The translations under genes and the position numbers were made by a program. The notes beneath the pieces were generated by a model. That model did not search any database. It was not told the DNA's origin and saw only the letters and a list, made by a program, of their open reading frames with translations. Shown piece by piece: positions 54,642 to 64,000 of a DNA stretch of 64,000 bases (positions within the stretch are counted from its first letter, which is position 1; each line of letters opens with the position of its first letter). This DNA comes from a virus. The stretch is taken from positions 7,888 through 71,887 of the IMG/VR virus record IMGVR_UViG_2877182016_000001; one strand, 5' to 3'.

Positions 54642-55064
54642 ATGACCTGGGCGCAAATCGACGATGTCGCGGTCGAACTCGGCCGCGACATCGCCTCCGA
54701 CAGCACCGAAGGCAGGCAGATCGGGAAATGGCTCCGCCGCGCCGAAATGATGATCCGCAACCGCATCCCAGTGCTGGACGAATGGTGCATGGACGAGAGA
54801 TATCAGGAGACCGTCATCGAGGTGGAATCCGCCGCCGTCGCACGCAAGGCGCTCAACCCGGAGGGCGTGAGCAGCACCATGCTGCAGATCGACGACGGTA
54901 ACATGCAGACCAGCATCGACAGCTCGCGCAGTCGCGGCGAGATCTCCATCCTCGACGAGGAATGGGACATGCTGCTGAAACGTGTCAGCAGCGATCTCGC
55001 TACGGCGGTCATCGCTCCGGAACCCGTGGCCATCCCGCTGCCGCACTACCCCTACGACTACTGA
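54642..55064 (+). CDS. Head-tail adaptor (Gp19/Gp15/Gp42-like)
   Basis: WAQIDDV...NPEG...I..EEW. Confidence 0.7.
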   Translation: MTWAQIDDVAVELGRDIASDSTEGRQIGKWLRRAEMMIRNRIPVLDEWCMDERYQETVIEVESAAVARKALNPEGVSSTMLQIDDGNMQTSIDSSRSRGEISILDEEWDMLLKRVSSDLATAVIAPEPVAIPLPHYPYDY

Positions 55065-55074
55065 GGAGGTTGAC

Positions 55075-55497
55075 ATGCCAAGCATGGCACCTCTCATCGG
55101 AGCCCTGCCGAAACTACGCCAGATGGCCGAAAGCCTCATGACCGACCAGTGCGTCGTCACCCGCCCCGGAGCCACCACAACGGATCCGGACACGGGACTG
55201 CCGAACACCGGCAAGGAGAAGGTGTACGAAGGCAGCTGCAAGGTGCAGACCAGCGGCGGCCTCGCCAGCGAGCAGACCGAAGGCAGCGCGGCCCAAGCCA
55301 TGGGCGCCGTCTCGTTGGTCTGGTCTTTGTACGTGCATTTTCCCTACGGCACTCCAGGCCTTCGCGCCGGTGACGTGGCGGAAGTCACGGAATCCGCAAA
55401 TCAGCTGCTCGCCGGCAGGCGGTTCAGGCTCGTCTCACCTCAAAGCGAGAAGACGCACGCCACCGCCTGCCGGTGGAACGTGAAGGAGGACTCATGA
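55075..55497 (+). CDS. Head closure protein (DUF6093-like)
   Basis: C-terminal 2/3 near-identical to 12695..13108. Confidence 0.65.
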   Translation: MPSMAPLIGALPKLRQMAESLMTDQCVVTRPGATTTDPDTGLPNTGKEKVYEGSCKVQTSGGLASEQTEGSAAQAMGAVSLVWSLYVHFPYGTPGLRAGDVAEVTESANQLLAGRRFRLVSPQSEKTHATACRWNVKEDS

Positions 55498-55871
55498 GCG
55501 GACTGTTCGACGCTTCGCAGTTGACGGCCTTCGGTGACGTGCTGCTCGCCAGGGGAGTGGCTCGCCGCGCCTTGATCTCCGCTTCGGTGAAGAAGGGTGC
55601 GCAGAACGTCAAGAACTCGATTCGCGACGACCTGAAAGGCTCAGGCAACAAGGCGTTCCGCAGCATTCCGATCACCTACACGGTGAGCGAGACGCCCGGA
55701 CGCATTTCCGCCGAGATCGGCCCCACCAAGGGCGGAGCGGGTTCGCTCGCCAACATCGCGTTCTTCGGCACCGCGAAGGGCGGTGGAACGCACCGATTCT
55801 ACGAGCATGGCGAGGAAGAATTGCCGAAGCTCGCGGAATACGTGGCGCGTGCCGCCGTGGAGGTGGTCTGA
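55494..55871 (+). CDS. Neck/tail completion protein
   Basis: Homolog of 13105..13482. Confidence 0.6.
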   Translation: MSGLFDASQLTAFGDVLLARGVARRALISASVKKGAQNVKNSIRDDLKGSGNKAFRSIPITYTVSETPGRISAEIGPTKGGAGSLANIAFFGTAKGGGTHRFYEHGEEELPKLAEYVARAAVEVV

Positions 55872-56288
55872 ATGAAGTCGATCATGACGTTGACCGACAC
55901 GATTCTCGACCATATTCCGAAGCCGGCGGCTGGCTGGGCCGTGTACCGGCAGACGGCGCCTAAGCCTACGGAGAAGCCGCCGTGGGTGATTGAGACGGTC
56001 ACGACAAACGGTCATATCGTCGGCGAAACGCAGCATGTGCATTGCGGCATCGGCACTTTGCTGGTGCGCATCGTGAGCACCACGGCCGATTCCGTCAACG
56101 TGCTGGCCGATGACCTCATGATTCCAGGACTTGCTGGCAAACGGTTCGTCGCGCAGGGGTTCGACACCGGCTGTCTGACGTTGTTCTCCGATTCCGGCGC
56201 ATATGCCGCCGGACTTACCGCAGAGGATACGGCGCTGCTTTACCAGTGCCGTCTTCTGACTTTCAAATTCAACTGGTCACGCATGTGA
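55872..56288 (+). CDS. Tail terminator protein
   Basis: Homolog of 13483..13899. Confidence 0.6.
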   Translation: MKSIMTLTDTILDHIPKPAAGWAVYRQTAPKPTEKPPWVIETVTTNGHIVGETQHVHCGIGTLLVRIVSTTADSVNVLADDLMIPGLAGKRFVAQGFDTGCLTLFSDSGAYAAGLTAEDTALLYQCRLLTFKFNWSRM

Positions 56289-56312
56289 CCATTAAATATT
56301 TAAGGAGGAGTC

Positions 56313-56831
56313 ATGGTTTTGACTCTGGGAACCGAAGTTCCTTCCACACCGGCGGACGGTCTGGTCAACACGATCTGGGTGCCGTCCATCAAAAACATCC
56401 AGAAGCCGACCGCCGCAGAGATCAGCGCCGGCACCGACCTGAGCAACTACGTCACCCTAGGCGGCTGGTCGTGCTCGCCGTCGCAGGAATCCATCTCCGA
56501 CCAGCGCGAGAACAGCGCGCAGGATTACGAGAATCCCGGACGCAAGAAGATCAGCGGCCCAAGCATCGAGGTCATCGACAACACCAACACTTCGCATTCC
56601 GCGCAGAACGCCGCAATGGAGACGTTGATCGAGGGCGCGGAAGGCTACTTCGTGCGCCGCTACGGCAAGCAGACGGATAAGACTTTTGTCGCCGGCGACA
56701 TTGTGAACGTGTACGCGGTCCGCATCGGCATGAGCGCCAAGATGGCGATCGCCGCGAACAGCGTGCTGCGCAGCAAGGTCAATTTCTCCGTTCGCGCTCC
56801 TGGCTGGGCGGAGAACGTGAAGGTCGCCTGA
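56313..56831 (+). CDS. Major tail tube protein
   Basis: Homolog of 13921..14439. Confidence 0.8.
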   Translation: MVLTLGTEVPSTPADGLVNTIWVPSIKNIQKPTAAEISAGTDLSNYVTLGGWSCSPSQESISDQRENSAQDYENPGRKKISGPSIEVIDNTNTSHSAQNAAMETLIEGAEGYFVRRYGKQTDKTFVAGDIVNVYAVRIGMSAKMAIAANSVLRSKVNFSVRAPGWAENVKVA

Positions 56832-56932
56832 TTAATTCTTCCCGCACCGGACTTTCGTCCCTTTCGCCGGTGCGGGACCCTCTTTTCTCTTTTCCGGCAA
56901 AGGAACATGAATATTAGAGCGAAGGAACAACA

Positions 56933-57442
56933 ATGCTTAAAGTCACCAGGCGCACGCGCGAGGTCGATGTCATCCTCAACCAGCAGACCGCCGAGGACAT
57001 CGCCAGATTGGGTGATGCGCTGGCCGAGGAGACCACGCGCGAACAAATCACGGAGGCTGGGACGAACCGGCAGGCGAAGGCCACCGCGCGGCGCATCGAA
57101 GAGCTGCGCGAACAGGCGGATGCGGAGACGTTGAAGCTCACGTTGCGGGCATTGCCGGTAAGCAAGTGGGCGCAGGCATTGGCCGCGCACCGCAATGACA
57201 ACGGCACGAACGACATGTTCGGTACCGCCGCCGCGGCATTGCCGCTCATGCTTGATTCCGCGACCATCGGCGGCAAGCCGGTGGCCGACGAGGACAAGAC
57301 CGAACAGGCGTGGCGCAATCTGTTCGATGAACTCACCGATGGCCAGTTCACGCCGATCTGGCAGGCCATCGCCGAACTGAACGGCACAGCAGCGGACCCA
57401 AAAGCGGCATTCGACCTCGCCTCGCAGGTTCTCCGCAACTAG
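56933..57442 (+). CDS. Tail assembly chaperone (G)
   Basis: Homolog of 14543..15052; CCCAAAA at 57397-57403. Confidence 0.75.
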   Translation: MLKVTRRTREVDVILNQQTAEDIARLGDALAEETTREQITEAGTNRQAKATARRIEELREQADAETLKLTLRALPVSKWAQALAAHRNDNGTNDMFGTAAAALPLMLDSATIGGKPVADEDKTEQAWRNLFDELTDGQFTPIWQAIAELNGTAADPKAAFDLASQVLRN

Positions 57443-57765
57443 TCGAGGATCTTAAGATTTGCCGCCAGCTCGGCATCTCTTATAAGCGTTTCATGGGCTG
57501 GCGTCCGAGTGAGGGCGATGAGGTCGAATGGGATGAGACGGAACGCAATTGGATGCGCTCGTTGGCTGAGTACGAACGGTCATTATGCCCCATGTGCGGT
57601 TTGCCTCGCTCGATCTGCCAAGACCCGAAGGGTGAACTTACGTTGCATGCCGAAACCAGCGTCTGCTGGGCCACTGCGCACATGCAGCAGGCCATGAAAC
57701 GGTGGACTGATGCGAATGGCAGGGACAATCCGGCCGCGAACGCCTTGGTGGCGCATTTGACCTGA
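57397..57765 (+). CDS. Tail assembly chaperone -1 frameshift extension
   Basis: Same slippery site and downstream frame as prophage 1. Confidence 0.7.
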   Translation, partial: PKSGIRPRLAGSPQLVEDLKICRQLGISYKRFMGWRPSEGDEVEWDETERNWMRSLAEYERSLCPMCGLPRSICQDPKGELTLHAETSVCWATAHMQQAMKRWTDANGRDNPAANALVAHLT

Positions 57766-57780
57766 TTTTTGGAGGATTCT

Positions 57781-60700
57781 TTGGCGGAGAACAAGAACAT
57801 CGTCATCCGGTTGATGGCGGACACAGCCTCGTATGAGGCGGCGATGACCCGCGCCGGAAGCACCGCGAAAACAGTCGCTTCAGGCATGGAGAACACCGGA
57901 CGCAAGTCCGCGCTCATCGCCAGCGGCATGACCGCCGCCGGACTGGCCGTGGCCGCGTTCGGCGTGGCCGCGGTGAAGATGGCCGCAGACTTCGACCAGC
58001 AGATGAGCACCGTGCAGGCGAACACCGGCGCGACCAGCGCACAAATGGACCAGCTGCGTGCCGCTGCCATCGAAGCCGGAGCTTCCACGGTTTATTCCGC
58101 TACGGATTCCGCCGACGCGATCAACGACCTCGGCAAGGCCGGCATGAGCGTCACGGATATTCTCAACGGCGGCTTGACCGGCGCTTTGAATCTGGCCGCC
58201 TCCGATGGAATGGCCGTAGGTGATGCCGCCGAATACATGGCCAACGCATTGAGCATGTTCCACCTGAAGGGGTCTCAGGCTTCCCAAGTGGCCGATACTT
58301 TGGCGGCTGGCGCCGGCAAGGCCGTCGGCAATGTCTCCGATTTCGGCGAGGCGTTGAACAATTGCGGCGCGCAGGCCAATAGCTTCGGCATGAACGTGCA
58401 GGAGACCACCGGCGTACTGGCGCTTTTCGCACAGAACGGCACCATCGGCGCCGAAGCCGGCACCCAGTTGAACAGCATGCTGATGAAACTGGCCGCACCG
58501 TCCGCCGAAGCGTCCAACACGATGAAGGAATTGGGCATCAGCGCATATGACGCTCAACATCATTTCGTCGGCATGGCGAACTTCGCAGGGCAACTGCAGA
58601 AGGCCGAAAAAGGCTTGACGGACGAGCAGCGCAACCAGGCGAACGCGACCATTTTCGGCAGCTATGCCATCAAGGCCGCGAATTATCTTTACGAGGCGGG
58701 CGAGTCCGGTGTCAACAAGTGGACGAAGGCCGTATCCGAAAGCGGTTATGCCGCCGAGCAGGCTGCTGCGAAGAACAACAATCTCAAGGGTGATCTGGAG
58801 AATCTGGGCGGCTCCATGGAGTCTCTGATGATTTCCGTTGGCGAGGGCGCTCAGGGGCCTTTGCGCAAGATGGTGCAGGGTTTGGATACGCTGGTTGACT
58901 CTTTCGCGGGTTTGCCGTCCGGAGTGCAGCAGACGCTCGTGGTCATGGCGTCACTTGCGGGCGTGTTCGGAGCGGTGCATAAGGCCGCGGGCAATCTCAA
59001 CGGCAGCACCAGCACCATGGCCAACAACATCGGCCTGGCCATCGACCCGATCCAGCGCGTCAAGACCGCTTTGGCTTCCGCGCAGACCGCTTTCCAGATG
59101 TTCCGCGCGAGCGGTCAGAGCGCGCAGGAGCAGTTGGAATCGTTCGGCACTGCGGAGGATTCTGCCACGCTCCGATCCAAGGGGTTCCACAGTGTTGCCG
59201 ACGGACTCATCTCACTTATGGGAGGTCCGTGGGGCATCGCCCTGGGCATTGCCACGACGGCGCTCACCGGTTTCATGACGGCCGCGCAGAATACCAAGCA
59301 GGCGGTGCAGGAAGTGCAGTCAGCCGCAGCCAATGGAGCCAGCGCTATCCACGAGGCGCTGGTCAACCAGCTGCAGAATATGGATGTCGGCACCTTCCAT
59401 GGCGAACCGGGATGGCTCAGTGCGATCGAGCAGGGCATCACCGGATCGAAGAAGCTGACCGACGTGATGAGCGAGGCCGGCATCAGCATCACCACCATGA
59501 CCAAGGCCGCCGAAGGCAACAAGACGGCCATCAAGCAGGTCAACTCGGCGGCGGACAAGCTCGGCTCCAGCCTTGGCAGCGGGTCACATAAGGCCACCGC
59601 GCTGCGCGACGGCCTTTCCGCCCTGACCACCGCCTACCAGCAGGGCACGAAAGGCGCCAAGGACAAGTCCAAGGCGTTGGACGAACTCGATGGCAAAACC
59701 AATAGCGCGGCGAAATCCACGAAGGAAGCTGCCAGCGCGAACAAGGAGCTTGGCTCTTCCGCTTCGGATGCGTCAAGCCAAATCGATGATCTGGTTCAGG
59801 CGATGTTCGGCTTGGAGTCCGGCAACCTGACTGCAGACCAGGCGGTGGACCAGCTGAACCAGAAGATCGGCGAACTGTCAAAAACATGCGAGGATAACGG
59901 CGTCGTCTTCGACCAGTCCGGTAATCTGCTTGACCGTTTTTCCGAGGAGGGCACGAAGACCAAGCAGGCTTTGGAGGACATCGCCAGCAGCGCCCAGAAT
60001 GCTGCGGAGAAGATTCTCAAGCAGGGCGAGAGCACCGGTTTCAGTAGCGGTGAGATCGAGCGTGCGAACGGTGTGCTGCAGGATGCGCGTGACGCGATCA
60101 TCCGGCAGGCCGAAGCCTCGGGCATGAGCGAACAGGCCGCTAACGCCTTGGCAGACCGTTGGGGTCTGAGTTCGGACAGCATCAAGGCTTCCATCGACAA
60201 CATCAGGATGACCGCCGACAACAACAAGGCGAAGCTTGACGTTGACGATTCCAAGGCCAAGTCGAAGACCAAAGGCGCGGAAACCAACCTTGACAAATTC
60301 AACAAGAAGATAGCGAAGGCCAAGCTCGACGCCGACGACAAGAAGGCCACGGCCAGCGCCAAGAAGGCGCAGAAGATGATGGACGACTTCAATAGGAAGC
60401 ACGTCAACGCCACCATCGACGCGACCGACAAGGCATCCAAGAAGGCGAACGCCGCCTCCAAGAACATCGGAAAGCTCAACGGAAAGAAAGCCACAGCCAG
60501 ACTCGACGCGAAGGACAACGCCTCGCCGAAGGTAGACAAGGCCAACGCGAAGAAGCTGTCAAACAAGCGCAACACCTTGGACTCCACCGACAGGGCAACG
60601 CCGAAGGCGAACGCCGCGAACGCGAAGAGGCTCAACAACAAGAAGAACACCCTCGATTCGACCGACAAGGCCGGACCGAAGGTAGACGCCGTCAACCGCA

Positions 60701-61245
60701 AGAAGCTGAACGACAAGAAGAGCACCGCATCGGTCAACGACCAGGCGACTCCGGTGCTCCGCTCCATCAACAACTTCAAGATCGCGGACAAGAGCTTCAC
60801 CGTCACGGAGAAGACGAAGAAGGAGGGTGGCTACACCGGTGGAATGTTCGCCGATGGCCACTTCCAGCAGTTCGCAGGCGGCGGCATGTTTTCCGGCTAC
60901 GTGGATCCGGCGTGGGCGCCCGGCAATGGTTTGAGCGACAGCGTGTATCTGCTCAACGCTCGTCTTACAGCGGGCGAGTTCACGCACAATGCTGCGGCCA
61001 CGGCCTATTACGGCCTGGAGAACATGCGCCTGCTGAACGAGCGGAAGATTCCACGCGAAGTGTTTGCCACGGCCAATCAGATGACAGGCAATCAGGTCAG
61101 CATACAGGTTGATACCGCTTCCGTGGTGGCGGCGATAACCAGCCTGCACAATGATCTTGGCGCGATTATCAGCGCCGCGTCCGATGATTCGACGGTCAGC
61201 GACCGTGACTTGGGGAGGTTGATCCGCAGATATGCGCGAGCTTGA
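57781..61245 (+). CDS. Tape measure protein
   Basis: Mosaic homolog of 15391..18792. Confidence 0.9.
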   Translation: MAENKNIVIRLMADTASYEAAMTRAGSTAKTVASGMENTGRKSALIASGMTAAGLAVAAFGVAAVKMAADFDQQMSTVQANTGATSAQMDQLRAAAIEAGASTVYSATDSADAINDLGKAGMSVTDILNGGLTGALNLAASDGMAVGDAAEYMANALSMFHLKGSQASQVADTLAAGAGKAVGNVSDFGEALNNCGAQANSFGMNVQETTGVLALFAQNGTIGAEAGTQLNSMLMKLAAPSAEASNTMKELGISAYDAQHHFVGMANFAGQLQKAEKGLTDEQRNQANATIFGSYAIKAANYLYEAGESGVNKWTKAVSESGYAAEQAAAKNNNLKGDLENLGGSMESLMISVGEGAQGPLRKMVQGLDTLVDSFAGLPSGVQQTLVVMASLAGVFGAVHKAAGNLNGSTSTMANNIGLAIDPIQRVKTALASAQTAFQMFRASGQSAQEQLESFGTAEDSATLRSKGFHSVADGLISLMGGPWGIALGIATTALTGFMTAAQNTKQAVQEVQSAAANGASAIHEALVNQLQNMDVGTFHGEPGWLSAIEQGITGSKKLTDVMSEAGISITTMTKAAEGNKTAIKQVNSAADKLGSSLGSGSHKATALRDGLSALTTAYQQGTKGAKDKSKALDELDGKTNSAAKSTKEAASANKELGSSASDASSQIDDLVQAMFGLESGNLTADQAVDQLNQKIGELSKTCEDNGVVFDQSGNLLDRFSEEGTKTKQALEDIASSAQNAAEKILKQGESTGFSSGEIERANGVLQDARDAIIRQAEASGMSEQAANALADRWGLSSDSIKASIDNIRMTADNNKAKLDVDDSKAKSKTKGAETNLDKFNKKIAKAKLDADDKKATASAKKAQKMMDDFNRKHVNATIDATDKASKKANAASKNIGKLNGKKATARLDAKDNASPKVDKANAKKLSNKRNTLDSTDRATPKANAANAKRLNNKKNTLDSTDKAGPKVDAVNRKKLNDKKSTASVNDQATPVLRSINNFKIADKSFTVTEKTKKEGGYTGGMFADGHFQQFAGGGMFSGYVDPAWAPGNGLSDSVYLLNARLTAGEFTHNAAATAYYGLENMRLLNERKIPREVFATANQMTGNQVSIQVDTASVVAAITSLHNDLGAIISAASDDSTVSDRDLGRLIRRYARA

Positions 61246-62086
61246 ATACACGGCGCATGATGGCACGGTCATCGACCTCAACGCCGATGATCTGTGGGTG
61301 GCTGACCTGCAGGAAATGCGCGGATACGCATGGACGTACACGCTGGCCACTCGCGGCATCAAATCGGTGAGCCGGAACGCTTCGACGGCGAAAATGACCG
61401 TCCGCACCAAAACGCCAGCCGTATTGGATGCCGCTCAGACAGCCTTCGATGCTGACGTGCAGGCAGTCCGGCCTGGCACGTTGACGGTTGATGGCGAATG
61501 GACGCAACAAGCTTATGTCGTCGGTTCTTCGCTCGGTCTGGTGCCATGGCCGGAATACGCGCAAGTCGATTACACGATTGTCCTTTGCGATGGCGTCTGG
61601 CGTCGCGCGCTGCCGGTGCAGCATTTCTTCCCGATGACGGCAGGCACCGGTGCGCAGATTGACCTTCCACTGGACTTGCCGACCGATTTGGCTCCGTCGA
61701 AAATCGCTTTGACGGTCAATAATCCGACCGGCAAGGCCGCTGAGTTCACTGCGGTCATTTTCGGCCCTTGCGTCAACCCGTCTTTCCAGATTGGCGGCAA
61801 CACTTACGCGGTTGATGTGACAGTGCCGGAAGGCGGTCATGTGTCATTATCGGCCACTGGATTACGGAAGACGATAACGCTGACAGCCGAAAACGGCGAC
61901 GTTTCGGATGTTTTCGACAAGGGCGTTCGCGGCAACGGCAGCGGAAGCGGCTCATATGTTTTCGAGCCGATACCGGCCGGAGATTCGCTATTGACGGTAT
62001 CCGGCAATTATGGCATCGACTTGACCATGTTTGACGTCTCAGGAGGTGTGCCATGGCTGACGTTATCATCGCAGACGGCAAGCTGA
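61232..62086 (+). CDS. Distal tail protein
   Basis: Near-identical to 18779..19633. Confidence 0.7.
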   Translation: MRELEYTAHDGTVIDLNADDLWVADLQEMRGYAWTYTLATRGIKSVSRNASTAKMTVRTKTPAVLDAAQTAFDADVQAVRPGTLTVDGEWTQQAYVVGSSLGLVPWPEYAQVDYTIVLCDGVWRRALPVQHFFPMTAGTGAQIDLPLDLPTDLAPSKIALTVNNPTGKAAEFTAVIFGPCVNPSFQIGGNTYAVDVTVPEGGHVSLSATGLRKTITLTAENGDVSDVFDKGVRGNGSGSGSYVFEPIPAGDSLLTVSGNYGIDLTMFDVSGGVPWLTLSSQTAS

Positions 62087-63609
62087 CGCCACATGCGAGC
62101 GTATCGCAGGTGACGTTGGATTGGGCTTGCGGCACGGACGAAAACGACTTCGAACTGACCATCGACGATCCGGATGCGCCGGAAATCGAACATGGCTGGT
62201 ATTTCTGGCTTGACGGCAGTGACGTGGGCGGACGGATCATCGACCGTCGTGTAACTGTTTCCGGTGGCGTGTCCACGACCACGTGGATCGGCCAATCATG
62301 GACCGGAATGCTGGCAGCGAAGATATTGCAGCCGGACGCGAATCAGGATTACCTGACCGTCTCCGGCAAGCTGCCTGACATCCTCAAAAACCTTTTGAAG
62401 CGCATCGGTTTGGATACGGTTTTCACTGTCGATTCCTCCGATGCTTCCACTTTGTCGAATTGGATGTTCCAGAATCCACGCTACGTGGACGCCTACACAG
62501 GATTCCGCAATCTGCTCGCATCCTGCGGCAGACGCCTCGACTTCCAGGCCAAGGATAATCACATCCTGCTTGGCATCACGCCGGTCGGCATCATCGACAA
62601 CACGATCGATTCTGACTTGGTGGATTTCAAGGCCGAGACCAACCGTCGTGCGGTGAATCATCTTATCGGCCTTGGCTCGCAGGAGCTCAAGGACCGTCTG
62701 GTGGTTAATTATTTCGCGGATGCAACCGGCGTGGTGAGTCAGACGCAGACGCTCGTTGGCGCCGATGAGGTATGCGCCACATACGACTATTCCAACGCGG
62801 ATTTGGGCACGCTGCAATCCGAGACGCAGAAGCATTTGCAGGAATTGCAGACCGGTGGTTCGGTCGAGGTGACGTTGTCCGATGAGGTCGGCGACGGTCT
62901 GCGTGTGGATGACAAGATTGTTGCGACGGATCAGGCTTCCGGCGTCAACGTCACCGCCGTGGTGACGAAACGGATCGTGAAAATCGATTCCGGGATTTTG
63001 ACTTCGACGTTCGAGGTCGGACTGCCTGTACAGTCGGCGAACGCGAACTATTCCGGTTCTTCCTCTTCGTCTTCGGGTTCGGCTGGCGGTGGCGTGTCTT
63101 TGACGGCTGGCCGTGGCCTGTCGATTTCAGGCGGCACGATCACGGCGGAAGTCGCTTCCGAGGATTTGGATGCCGTCAGGCAGGTCGCCGAGTCGGCGGA
63201 CAGGACGGCTTCCGGTTTCGCGGCGCAGATCGGCAAGGCGAATCAGACCGCCGAGGATGCGAAGAACGTCGCCGATGCGGCCAAGAGCGTGGCCGACAGT
63301 GCCAAGTCGGGCATGATGACCGATTCCGAGCGGTCGAAGCTCGCTTCGGTCGAACGGGGCGCGAACGCCTACACGTTGCCGAAGGCGTCCGCGGACGTGC
63401 TGGGCGGCGTGAGGGTGGACGGTTCCTCGATCGTGAGCGTGGATGGCGTCATCAGCGCGCATGTCGGCGGCGGCGCTTCCGGGAGGGTCGTGTTCCCGAT
63501 CGGATACGTGGTCCAGAACACGACTGGTGTTGACCCTTCCGTTGATTTCGGCGGGACGTGGAGGCAGTTGCCTTCGCTTGGCTGTTTCACTTTTGAAAGG
63601 ATTGGCTAG
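62053..63609 (+). CDS. Baseplate hub/tail protein
   Basis: Identical translation to 19600..21156. Confidence 0.65.
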   Translation: MADVIIADGKLTPHASVSQVTLDWACGTDENDFELTIDDPDAPEIEHGWYFWLDGSDVGGRIIDRRVTVSGGVSTTTWIGQSWTGMLAAKILQPDANQDYLTVSGKLPDILKNLLKRIGLDTVFTVDSSDASTLSNWMFQNPRYVDAYTGFRNLLASCGRRLDFQAKDNHILLGITPVGIIDNTIDSDLVDFKAETNRRAVNHLIGLGSQELKDRLVVNYFADATGVVSQTQTLVGADEVCATYDYSNADLGTLQSETQKHLQELQTGGSVEVTLSDEVGDGLRVDDKIVATDQASGVNVTAVVTKRIVKIDSGILTSTFEVGLPVQSANANYSGSSSSSSGSAGGGVSLTAGRGLSISGGTITAEVASEDLDAVRQVAESADRTASGFAAQIGKANQTAEDAKNVADAAKSVADSAKSGMMTDSERSKLASVERGANAYTLPKASADVLGGVRVDGSSIVSVDGVISAHVGGGASGRVVFPIGYVVQNTTGVDPSVDFGGTWRQLPSLGCFTFERIG

Positions 63610-63860
63610 TGAAATCTGACGGTTACTCGAAGTACGTATGCGACAAGTGCGGCAAGACCGCTTATGTCGCCGCTGGCGATACGGAGGCTCGTGAATGGTT
63701 CACCGTGCGCCGCTATTCGGCTGGCAAGGCGACCCGCATCGCGGATGATGTGGCACCTGACATCTACGAATTGTGTTCCCAATGCAATGCGTCTTTCATG
63801 GCGTTCATGCAGCAGGATGACGCTTCGTTTGAAGCATGGTTGAAGGAGGTTGAACAATGA
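63609..63860 (+). CDS. Small tail-module protein
   Basis: Identical to 21156..21407. Confidence 0.6.
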   Translation: MKSDGYSKYVCDKCGKTAYVAAGDTEAREWFTVRRYSAGKATRIADDVAPDIYELCSQCNASFMAFMQQDDASFEAWLKEVEQ

Positions 63861-64000
63861 CCATCGAACTGGTTGACGGCAAGGCCGGAGTTGCACACAT
63901 CTCAAGCGAGGACAAGGCGATCATCCATCAGGCCAAGTTCTCGAAGTCCGACGTGGTGTTCGACTGGGGCGACGTGTTCAAATGTTCGATGAGTTCGTCC
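63857..64000 (+). CDS. Shufflon constant region/RBP gene, 5' end (partial)
   Basis: Identical to 21404..21547. Confidence 0.8.
   Translation, partial: MTIELVDGKAGVAHISSEDKAIIHQAKFSKSDVVFDWGDVFKCSMSSS

Larger units (their letters stand above)
34981..64000 (+). mobile_element. Prophage 2 (continues beyond window): immunity, recombination/replication, packaging, head, tail
   Basis: cI/cro, YqaJ/RecT/SSB, terminase, portal, capsid, tape measure. Many blocks are near-identical to prophage 1 (offsets 42836, 42488, 42453). Confidence 0.9.

Overview
The whole window is temperate siphophage DNA of actinobacterial type; the gene set and the shufflon point to Bifidobacterium (inference). It holds two related prophage genomes head-to-tail, with no host gene visible between them. 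Prophage 1 runs from its replication genes (window start) through head, tail and lysis genes, an IS3 insertion, accessory genes and a tyrosine integrase (~1-35 kb). Prophage 2 runs from the immunity region through replication, head and tail genes to the window end (~35-64 kb); matching genes are offset by ~42.5-42.8 kb. The two copies share near-identical early-late and tail blocks. They differ in the packaging/head module and in the N-terminus and iterons of the replication initiator. Prophage 1 carries two receptor-diversification machines back to back: a tyrosine-invertase (Rin-type) shufflon with 5 crossover sites, and a diversity-generating retroelement (target VR, GAAA hairpin, TR, RT) with no visible avd gene. 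Two candidate structured ncRNAs are unexplained: a 150-nt element just before the packaging module, and a ~265-nt terminator-ended element before a PBECR4-like nuclease gene. Also seen: a split large terminase, a -1 frameshift in the tail chaperone, a nonsense pseudogene and unannotated small membrane peptides. All alignments and RNA folds were done by eye; no database searches were run.
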